Positions 57,686 to 64,000 of a stretch of DNA of 64,000 bases are shown piece after piece (position 1 is the stretch's first letter; each line of letters opens with the position of its first letter). The notes below the pieces were generated by a model. It worked only from the letters and a program-made list of their open reading frames with translations. It did not search any database and had not been told where the DNA came from. Source of the DNA: Candidatus Aphodoplasma sp. (lineage in GTDB: Bacteria > Bacillota > Clostridia > UBA1381 > UMGS1253); assembly GCA_045541115.1 (NCBI GenBank), contig JAZQIM010000011.1:83310-147309 (forward strand), in the 5' to 3' direction. The position numbers were made by a program, and so were the translations under genes.

Positions 57686-57761
57686 GCACCATTAGCTCAG
57701 TTGGTAGAGCACCTGACTCTTAATCAGGGTGTCCACGGTTCGAGCCCGTGATGGTGTACCA
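57686..57761 (+). tRNA. tRNA-Lys (anticodon CTT)
   Basis: A 76-nt cloverleaf can be drawn by hand. Acceptor GCACCAT/ATGGTGT (G1-U72), D arm GCTC-AGTTGGTA-GAGC, and anticodon arm CCTGA-CTCTTAA-TCAGG. T arm CACGG-TTCGAGC-CCGTG, with an encoded CCA end. Confidence 0.95.
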
Positions 57762-57925
57762 AAAATCCGCGCAACGCCAGTGTTTACAAGGCATTACGCG
57801 GTTTTTATTTTGTTTTTTATTGCATTAAAAAAAAACACAAAAAAGCATAATAAAGTTAGTCAAAAGTTAGTCAGCAAAAAGCTTGTGCACAGCGTCTTCT
57901 TCAGCCACAGGCGAGTCGCCAAATA

Positions 57926-58153
57926 TTACTGAATGTTTAATGGAACTTCGTCGTCCTCGCCCGATATCCGAATCGCCTCTCTCAAGATATTTGAAATTGT
58001 TGCGTCCGTTGGGTTCTCGACTATATAGTCTATCATTGCGTCCGTATGCTCCGGCTTCTTCAAGCAGAGCATGGTTACGAGTATTTCGTCTTTTTCTGCC
58101 CCTATACTCATCAAGTACTCCAATAATAGTTTCTGAGCTTCTGTAAGTTCCAT
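57926..58153 (-). CDS. Small acidic helical protein (75 aa), unknown function
   Basis: RBS GAGGGGA 9 nt before the ATG at 58153: MELTEAQKLLLEYLMSIGAEKDEILVTMLCL... It is preceded by a promoter plus terminator-containing leader. Confidence 0.55.
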   Translation of the reverse strand: MELTEAQKLLLEYLMSIGAEKDEILVTMLCLKKPEHTDAMIDYIVENPTDATISNILREAIRISGEDDEVPLNIQ

Positions 58154-58267
58154 TGCTTATCATCCCCTCTATAAAATTTAACACATCTTCATTGTCTTTT
58201 AATAATATAACCTTTGTCGCCGCTTTCCTATATATAGTAGCAATTTTCAATCGATTGTACTTCAAAT

Positions 58268-58373
58268 GAAAAAAAGCTGACGAGGGCGTCGTGTCCTCAG
58301 CCCAAAAGGGAGGGACTCGCTCACTAACCGTCAACTCTAGAAACAATATACCACAAAAACATTTTGTCGTCAA
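58268..58373 (-). ncRNA. Promoter + approx. 70-nt structured leader/sRNA ending in an intrinsic terminator (unit 4)
   Basis: TTGACG (58373-58368), 17-nt spacer, TATATT (58350-58345). The transcript 5' TGACG pairs with 3' CGTCA, followed by U7 (58275-58269). There is an internal hairpin GTCCCTCCC-tttt-GGGCTGAGGAC. Confidence 0.45.
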
Positions 58374-58394
58374 GCCTGAAAGTTTTTAAATTTA

Positions 58395-58496
58395 TTGACA
58401 TGTTTAACTGATTCTGCTAAACTGATGTTAGAAGCAGGGGTAGCGGTATTCTGTCGGCTTTTGCCGGTGTTGCCGTGTTCGATACCTGCTTTTTTG
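58395..58496 (+). ncRNA. Promoter + approx. 65-nt closed-hairpin RNA with U-tract (unit 1)
   Basis: TTGACA-17-TAAACT. AAGCAGG (58432-58438) pairs with CCTGCTT (58485-58491), followed by a T-run. The inner hairpin is TCGGC-tttt-GCCGG. Confidence 0.45.
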
Positions 58497-58557
58497 TCTA
58501 TACAATAAATTGCTAATTAGTTTGTCGTATCTATTACGTTTAATAGTGTCTTACGAC

Positions 58558-58670
58558 TTGACACCGGGGAAAATTCATAGTATAATAATAACAGGATTTG
58601 AGCTGCTTTCAGGGGCGGTGGATACGGATTCCACGTCGGTCGAGTTAGCAGGTATCAAGTCCGTTTTTTA
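58558..58670 (+). ncRNA. Promoter + approx. 75-nt closed-hairpin RNA with U-tract (unit 2)
   Basis: TTGACA-17-TATAAT. GGATTTG (58594-58600) pairs with CAAGTCC (58656-58662), followed by G + T6. Inner helices are CTGC/GCAG and CGGTGGA/TCCACG. Confidence 0.45.
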
Positions 58671-58708
58671 TTATCGGAAAACTATTGACCGTTGGCAATA
58701 CCTGTACG

Positions 58709-58833
58709 TTGACACATTTCGCATACTGTGATATAGTAGAGATAGCAGACGATGAGACAAGGGGCGTTTTGGACGTGAGCTGTGGGTTGTTTTTATCAAC
58801 ATTCGGCACTTGGCTACCAACGTCTGTTTTTTG
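58709..58833 (+). ncRNA. Promoter + approx. 90-nt closed-hairpin RNA/leader with U-tract (unit 3), upstream of the 131-aa gene
   Basis: TTGACA-17-TATAGT. CAGACG (58746-58751) pairs with CGTCTG (58821-58826), followed by T6. No other promoter is seen before the ATG at 58903. Confidence 0.45.
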
Positions 58834-58902
58834 ACTAAAATAAGTGCAGGAAGAAAAAACTAATCAAATCAGATTCCGAAATTATACGAGGAGTTTATCA
58901 GC

Positions 58903-59298
58903 ATGGAAAGCAATGATCATAAAAACGAACAACTTTTGCTTGATATGGCAAAAGAGATAGAGCAAAAAAACAAAATAATCTGGACTTCTATGTGGGTAAT
59001 TATGCTCGTAAGCATGACAGCGTTGTTTGCCGCCATCATGCTTGCTGCCTTTTTGATACCGGAAGGTGTGTGGCAGCTTGTGACAGTTCTTGGACTTTGT
59101 ATCGTGTTTTTGCTGCCATGCTTTTATGCATTAAAGCTTGAGGTAAGCGTGGGTGCTTATAAGTGCAAAAACTGCGGTCATAAAATTGTGCCCACTTATT
59201 CACAGGCTCTATGGGCGATGCACAGTGGCACTACTCGCTATCTAAATTGTCCTGAATGTAAAAAGCGCACCTGGTGCAAAAAAGTGTTAACAAAGTAA
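58903..59298 (+). CDS. Small membrane protein (2 TM) with C-terminal zinc ribbon
   Basis: 131 aa. RBS GAGGAG. CKNCGH...CPECKK motif after two TM helices. Confidence 0.6.
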   Translation: MESNDHKNEQLLLDMAKEIEQKNKIIWTSMWVIMLVSMTALFAAIMLAAFLIPEGVWQLVTVLGLCIVFLLPCFYALKLEVSVGAYKCKNCGHKIVPTYSQALWAMHSGTTRYLNCPECKKRTWCKKVLTK

Positions 59299-59324
59299 AG
59301 ATTGCATTTAAATTTATTACACAT

Positions 59325-59361
59325 AAAAAGAGGCATTTTTCTATGAAGAATGCCTCTTTTA
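59325..59361. terminator. Bidirectional terminator between the 131-aa gene and queA
   Basis: AGAGGCAT...ATGCCTCT stem flanked by A/T runs. Confidence 0.8.
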
Positions 59362-59368
59362 AATTATC

Positions 59369-60409
59369 TTACTCAATAAACATCGCGTCGCCAAAGCTGA
59401 AAAAGCGATAGCGTTCATTTACGGCAGCCTTATAAGCCTCCATGACAAATTCACGCCCTGCAAAGGCGCTTACAAGCATTATAAGTGTCGATTCCGGCAA
59501 ATGAAAATTCGTAATAAGTGCATTTGTGCATTTAAATTTATAACCCGGATAAATGAATATGTCAGTCCAGCCTGTCTTAGCTTCGACAAACCCGTTTTTA
59601 TCGGCAACCGTTTCAAGAACTCTGTTTGCCGTTGTGCCGACTGAAATGACGCGTCCACCGCTCTTTTTTGTTTCATTTATCATTTGCGCGCTGCTTTCAT
59701 CTATTGCAAAAAACTCGCTGTGCATCTTATGCTCCGATACATTCTCTGCCTTTACGGGACGAAATGTGCCAAGACCGACATGCAGCGTTACAAAGGCAAT
59801 TTTTACACCTTTGTTTCTTATTTCATCGAGCAGCTGCGGCGTAAAGTGAAGTCCAGCCGTAGGCGCTGCCGCAGAGCCGTTATTTTTTGAATAAACAGTC
59901 TGATATCTTTCTTTGTCTTCAAGCTTGTGTGTGATATAATGCGGAAGCGGCATCTCCCCAAGCTTGTCAAGCACCTCTTCGAACACACCCTCATAGCTGA
60001 ATTTTACAATTCTGTTTCCGTCATTTACTATTTGCATAACCTGCGCTTTAAGCATGCCTTCTCCAAACTCAAACTCCGCTCCAACCTTTGCGCGCTTTCC
60101 GGGTTTTAAAATTACCTCCCATTCGTCAAGCGAGCGTTTGTTTAGAAGCAAAAATTCAATCGCACCACCTGTATCTGTGCGCTTGCCGTAAAGGCGCGCC
60201 GGAATTACACGCGTATCATTTAATACAAGGCAATCCCCTTCATTCAAATAAGAAACAATATCTATAAAGCTTTTATGCTCTGTCGTTTGTTTTTCTCTGT
60301 TTAATACCATAAGGCGAGATGAGCTTCTGTCTTCAAGAGGTATCTGAGCAATAAGCTCTTGTGGCAGCTCATAATAAAAATCATGCGTCTTCAAATCAAA
60401 TGCCCCCAA
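59369..60409 (-). CDS. queA: S-adenosylmethionine:tRNA ribosyltransferase-isomerase
   Basis: 346 aa: [33 protein letters not shown] and GTFRPV motifs. Confidence 0.95.
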   Translation of the reverse strand: MGAFDLKTHDFYYELPQELIAQIPLEDRSSSRLMVLNREKQTTEHKSFIDIVSYLNEGDCLVLNDTRVIPARLYGKRTDTGGAIEFLLLNKRSLDEWEVILKPGKRAKVGAEFEFGEGMLKAQVMQIVNDGNRIVKFSYEGVFEEVLDKLGEMPLPHYITHKLEDKERYQTVYSKNNGSAAAPTAGLHFTPQLLDEIRNKGVKIAFVTLHVGLGTFRPVKAENVSEHKMHSEFFAIDESSAQMINETKKSGGRVISVGTTANRVLETVADKNGFVEAKTGWTDIFIYPGYKFKCTNALITNFHLPESTLIMLVSAFAGREFVMEAYKAAVNERYRFFSFGDAMFIE

Positions 60410-60431
60410 ATTTTTCTGATATCTTCACAAC

Positions 60432-61994
60432 CTATTTTGACAACGTCGTGCCCACATAGTAATGCAGTAAAATTTCGTCAAACGTAAATCCTGCCTCTGC
60501 CATACCTTTTGCGCCGTATTGACTTAGTCCTACTCCGTGACCATGCCCTCTTCCGTCAAATGTAAAGCTGTCTTTTTTCTGTGCAGTGGCTGCTTTAATA
60601 TAGTATGTGCCGCTTTCGCCAAGCACACTTACACTTGCACTAACCACAGACGTTTTATCAGATGAAAGCACGCTTATGTTTCCAAGCTTTACCGTGTTTT
60701 CTCCATCAGCGCCTAATACAGCTATATTTTTTTCTTCTGTATATTCTTCTCGTATATAGTAATACTGACTCTTTAATCCTAAAATTGTGCGGCATTTCTC
60801 GAATTTAACCGTATGCGAGCCTTTCGTTCCCTCAAATACAAGCTTTCTTACACGCTCGTCATCCTCTCCGCGCTCGATTACCTTTATATCTGTGACGGTG
60901 CCGATATCAACGCCTGCGCTTGCAAGCTTTTTAGTCACTTCATCTGCTGTATATGTCACGCTCCATACCGCGACTTTTTCGCTGTCTTCATATTTATCTT
61001 CTACACTTTTTAAATAATCAAGCCCTGCTCCGCCGCCCCATGCAGAATATACATCGGCGCTCTTTCCGCCGCTGCTTGAATAAAAAAATGTCTGCGCAGG
61101 CTTATCATTATATAAAAGCACCATATTCGACGTTTCGTCGGCGGCGCGGCGCGTAGACACTGTTTCTCTCTCAATTCCATAATACGCCTGCGAACGTGTA
61201 TCGTCCGTAACATCAATTCCATAGTTTTTGTATGACGTGCTCGTCATGGCATATGTACGTGCAATTACTGCCTGCGCTTTGAGCGCTTCAATATGCCACG
61301 TCGAATACATCTCGCTACCTACGACACATGCAACATAATCATTTGACGAAACGAGATTTATAATTGCTATATTATCTGAATATATTCTGTCTGCTATGAT
61401 ATATCCATAATACTCTCTACCACATACACTTACGCTCTTTCCATCATCAGCACCGATTGCAAAAGATACTTCATCATCACGAAAAACCATGTTAAAGCCT
61501 TTGGCTGACACCATTACCGTCTTTGTATCAAGCTCGGTTACTACAAGCTCAAGTTCTGTAAACTCAAGGTCAGAAAGTGATTTCTTCGCCTCGTCAACAC
61601 TGTCATACAATCCAAATACCAGATAGTTTTCTCCGTCTATATACGCTCCATACGCATACACATCGTCTTCACGCAGTTTTTTTGCCATTAAAAGAACCTC
61701 ATCAAGCGTTTCGTAGCTTTTCTTTGTGCGAAGGTACACTCCGCCGCCCTTTTCCACAATAACTTCCGATTCATCTATAGTATATAGTGGATTAAAATCT
61801 CTGTCCTGCACATAGCCTATAAGTGCTTTGCCGTCTGCTTCGGCTGTAAATGACGATTTTGATTCGCTGCCAAAATACAAACCGACTCTTATCATATCGG
61901 GCGCTTTATATGCCGCTGCATTTATTGCAGAGCAAAAAAGAGCAAGTATAAATATTGTGCAAAAGATTTTTTTTAGCATAATAACATACCTCAA
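60432..61994 (-). CDS. SpoIID/LytB-domain protein (lytic transglycosylase/amidase enhancer family)
   Basis: 520 aa with a signal peptide. EALKAQAVIARTYA and HGHGVGLSQYGA motifs of the SpoIID family. Confidence 0.8.
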   Translation of the reverse strand: MRYVIMLKKIFCTIFILALFCSAINAAAYKAPDMIRVGLYFGSESKSSFTAEADGKALIGYVQDRDFNPLYTIDESEVIVEKGGGVYLRTKKSYETLDEVLLMAKKLREDDVYAYGAYIDGENYLVFGLYDSVDEAKKSLSDLEFTELELVVTELDTKTVMVSAKGFNMVFRDDEVSFAIGADDGKSVSVCGREYYGYIIADRIYSDNIAIINLVSSNDYVACVVGSEMYSTWHIEALKAQAVIARTYAMTSTSYKNYGIDVTDDTRSQAYYGIERETVSTRRAADETSNMVLLYNDKPAQTFFYSSSGGKSADVYSAWGGGAGLDYLKSVEDKYEDSEKVAVWSVTYTADEVTKKLASAGVDIGTVTDIKVIERGEDDERVRKLVFEGTKGSHTVKFEKCRTILGLKSQYYYIREEYTEEKNIAVLGADGENTVKLGNISVLSSDKTSVVSASVSVLGESGTYYIKAATAQKKDSFTFDGRGHGHGVGLSQYGAKGMAEAGFTFDEILLHYYVGTTLSK

Positions 61995-61997
61995 CTT

Positions 61998-63497
61998 CTA
62001 TTTCTTCATCCTTTTTGCCGCGTCCATAATTCCGTTCGCAATCGCTTCGGCAGCTTTCCTCTGAAGCTCTTTATCAGCAAGCTTTTCACGATCAGATTCG
62101 TTTGTGATAAACGCCGTTTCCACGATAACTGACGGCATTTGTGTCTTTCTTATAACATACATTGCGCTGCCATCCGTGCGTCCATTATTCTGTGTCCCGA
62201 GTGCTTTTGGAAGATATTTTAAAATATCCTGCGCAAGCTGCATTCCCGTAAGGCCATACTCCGATTCTTCCTGCGATGTATGGTGCATCACAAGCGTTCC
62301 GTTTATGTCGTCTGATGTATATGCATTACAGTGAATGCTTACAAACATTGACGCACCAATATTGTTTGCAAATGTAGTTCTCTCATCAAGTGTAACATAC
62401 ACGTCAGTATTTCTCGTGTAATACACGCTCATTCCCTTTTCCTTAAGGATTTTGTATACCATATTTGCAATTGGCAGTGTTACATCTTTTTCATAAAGCG
62501 CAACCGTGCCATCTTCATTATATCCTATTGCTCCGGGGTCGCTTCCGCCATGTCCCGGGTCAATCACTATTTTATAATCTGTTATATCATCCTCTTTGTC
62601 GTCTTTGACTTCGCCCTTTATAAGCGTGACAGTGAGCATCTGCTTATCACTTGATACAGATGTCTTATAGCTTCCAAGGTCATCTACATCAAAAACTATA
62701 CGTCCGCTTCCATCATACATTCCCGTACGTATTTGTGATACAAATGCACCAACATTATAGCTCGAACTTACACCGCTTACATCAAATCCATAGAGGTCAA
62801 GCACAAGTCTGTCGGGCGAATCAAGCTTAAAGCAGTCATATTTGCCTATTGGAGAATCAAGTGCAATCTGTACCGTAACCTTGTCATTCGTATGTGCAAA
62901 TGAAATAGCATCTACATTTTTAAGCGGAACCGGCGTAGGCGTCGGTGTAGGTGTAGGCGTTGGTGTTGGTGTTGGTGTAGGCGTCGGTGTTGGTGTTGGC
63001 TTTGGCGCATCAATTATTATCTCTGCCTTATCCTCCACATAATCTACCGTCATGCCAAGCGTCTGTGCGACAAAACGTACAGGCACCATAGTCTTTCCGA
63101 TGCCGTTGTATGCGACAAGCTTTGCCTCCGTTTCCATCTCCACCTTTTTTCCGTTCACAAGTGCGATATTATCATCAAGAGCAAGCGATACTATGTCTGC
63201 ATCGTGACATATCAAAACGCGGCTCGGCGTTCCCTGCGTCCATAATACATCAGCGCCAACCGTTTCAAAAATCTCTCGTACCGGCACAAGCGAGCGTCCA
63301 CTCTCAAGTACAACAGGCGGTATCGGCGATTTTACTTTTTCTCCGTTCACGCGCAGATTAAAGTATGTACCATAATAATCATGCGTCGCTCCATCATAAT
63401 CGAGCTTTGCTATAAACATCGATGCTGCCTGAGTTGTTGTGAAGAAAAACGTGCACAACAAAAACAAAGTCAATAATATACATATACCTTTCTTCAC
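61998..63497 (-). CDS. N-acetylmuramoyl-L-alanine amidase (Cu-amine-oxidase-like N-domain + PT linker + AMIN + Amidase_3)
   Basis: Signal peptide, then a stalk domain (SLVPVREIFE), a (TP)n linker, an AMIN-like RLVLDLYG, and catalytic VIDPGHGGSDPGA...HCNA. Confidence 0.85.
   Translation of the reverse strand: MKKGICILLTLFLLCTFFFTTTQAASMFIAKLDYDGATHDYYGTYFNLRVNGEKVKSPIPPVVLESGRSLVPVREIFETVGADVLWTQGTPSRVLICHDADIVSLALDDNIALVNGKKVEMETEAKLVAYNGIGKTMVPVRFVAQTLGMTVDYVEDKAEIIIDAPKPTPTPTPTPTPTPTPTPTPTPTPVPLKNVDAISFAHTNDKVTVQIALDSPIGKYDCFKLDSPDRLVLDLYGFDVSGVSSSYNVGAFVSQIRTGMYDGSGRIVFDVDDLGSYKTSVSSDKQMLTVTLIKGEVKDDKEDDITDYKIVIDPGHGGSDPGAIGYNEDGTVALYEKDVTLPIANMVYKILKEKGMSVYYTRNTDVYVTLDERTTFANNIGASMFVSIHCNAYTSDDINGTLVMHHTSQEESEYGLTGMQLAQDILKYLPKALGTQNNGRTDGSAMYVIRKTQMPSVIVETAFITNESDREKLADKELQRKAAEAIANGIMDAAKRMKK
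62929..63003. repeat. Imperfect hexanucleotide tandem repeat encoding the (Thr-Pro)n linker
   Basis: ggcgta ggcgtc ggtgta ggtgta ggcgtt ggtgtt ... on the plus strand encodes PTPTPTPT... on the minus strand. Confidence 0.9.
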
Positions 63498-63530
63498 AAC
63501 CTCATCTCCATTCGTTATCTTTTACTTCTC

Positions 63531-64000
63531 TTACAAATCAAGAGAAACCTGCTGTCCCTTTGACTTATCATCTCCGCCATACTCCACATTCAAATGCTCA
63601 TATGCGAGAGGCGTAAGCATACGTCCTCTCGGTGTGCGATTCAAAAATCCAAGCTGCAGTAAATATGGCTCATAAACATCTTCTATTGTGTTCGCTTCTT
63701 CGCCGATTGACGCGGCAAGCGTGTCGAGTCCAACCGGACCGCCACCAAAATTCTTTATAATCGCCATCATCATTCTGCGGTCAACCATATCGAGTCCAAG
63801 CTCGTCTACTTCAAGCATATTAAGCGCCTGCGCCGCAACTTCGCCTGTTATGACGCCGTCTGCTCTTACCTGAGCAAAATCACGCACACGCTTTAAGAAT
63901 CTGTTCGCAATACGCGGCGTTCCGCGTGAGCGAGATGCAATCTGTGCTGCGCCGTCGGGCGTTATGTCAATGTTTAGTATCTTCGCCGAGCGCGTTACGA
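63531..64000 (-). CDS. ruvB: Holliday junction branch migration helicase RuvB, C-terminal part (runs off window end)
   Basis: ...[63 protein letters not shown] is the canonical RuvB C-terminus. The frame continues upstream to position 64000. Confidence 0.92.
   Translation of the reverse strand, partial: VTRSAKILNIDITPDGAAQIASRSRGTPRIANRFLKRVRDFAQVRADGVITGEVAAQALNMLEVDELGLDMVDRRMMMAIIKNFGGGPVGLDTLAASIGEEANTIEDVYEPYLLQLGFLNRTPRGRMLTPLAYEHLNVEYGGDDKSKGQQVSLDL

Noticed and set aside
57867-58373. 168-aa minus-strand ORF covering the 75-aa gene region
   Set aside because: It is in a different frame from the RBS-equipped 75-aa ORF. It also runs straight through a promoter, a hairpin and a U7 terminator, so it is most likely not translated.
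58425-58508. 27-codon hydrophobic ORF (MLEAGVAVFCRLLPVLPCSIPAFLSIQ) in unit 1 as a type I toxin
   Set aside because: Its ATG is only 2 nt from the -10 box and there is no Shine-Dalgarno sequence. The ORF also reads through the terminator stem and T-run, so it is more likely fortuitous.
58594-58662. Possible tRNA-like gene or tRNA-Lys 3' remnant in unit 2 (7-bp acceptor-like stem; TCAGGGG...CCACG..GGTCGAG resembles the tRNA-Lys 3' half)
   Set aside because: No D arm or T arm can be drawn, there is no CCA, and the similarity to the tRNA is patchy. No matching direct repeat delimits an island either. It is kept only as a remark within the sRNA-array finding.
58510-58731. 73-aa plus-strand ORF
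   Set aside because: It starts at a non-ATG codon without an RBS and spans the promoter, hairpin RNA and terminator of unit 2, running into the promoter of unit 3.
62842-63042. 66-aa ORF containing (GV)n, and the underlying repeat as a possible CRISPR or minisatellite
   Set aside because: It lies antisense to the amidase PT linker. The repeat unit is 6 nt with no spacers, so it is not a CRISPR.

Overview
The window looks like a chromosomal segment of a low-GC, spore-forming anaerobic Firmicute (Clostridia-like). That reading rests on gene content: spoVB, spmAB, spoVG, spoIID, PFOR, rubredoxin/flavodiiron protein and an OLE-type RNA locus. About 55 protein genes are densely packed on both strands and most are housekeeping. 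In order they are: dnaB(5' part)-rplI-gdpP-yybS; spoVB-spmA-spmB-M14 peptidase; nifJ (PFOR); a murT-gatD-hisH-like-hisF-like operon; ddh; a CysK-like enzyme; and a GMP synthase that has only the ATP-pyrophosphatase part. The 3' end of that GMP synthase gene is the insertion site of an approx. 8.0 kb integrative mobilizable element (18111-26111). The element carries an XRE repressor, a Xis-like HTH protein, a tyrosine integrase, a MobC-like protein, a RecA-fold ATPase, a MobV relaxase and an Lsa-like ABC-F resistance gene with a leader peptide and attenuator. After the element come vanZ, an abrB-like gene, an SNF transporter, ftsK, a YycH-like protein, cdaR-cdaA, pdxK and a 1050-aa double GT-C glycosyltransferase with a GT2 partner. 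These are followed by a fumarate hydratase alpha subunit, hpf, tcdA, tlyA-dxs-oapA preceded by an approx. 650-nt structured RNA (OLE-type), and rubredoxin-fprA. The window ends with rqcH, secA, murC, spoVG, tRNA-Lys(CUU), queA, a SpoIID-like protein, an amidase and ruvB (3' part). Four loci merit the most follow-up. First, the guaA-targeted mobilizable element with its att repeats and repeat-rich oriT-like regions. Second, the OLE-like RNA/OapA locus. Third, a approx. 1 kb stretch next to tRNA-Lys holding four consensus promoter + closed-hairpin + U-tract mini-units, which may be a family of small RNAs or leaders. Fourth, a HisH/HisF-like pair that lacks one cyclase catalytic Asp and is embedded in the murT/gatD operon. 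There is no CRISPR array and no rRNA. All calls come from reading the ORF translations and the sequence by eye; no database search or folding program was run.
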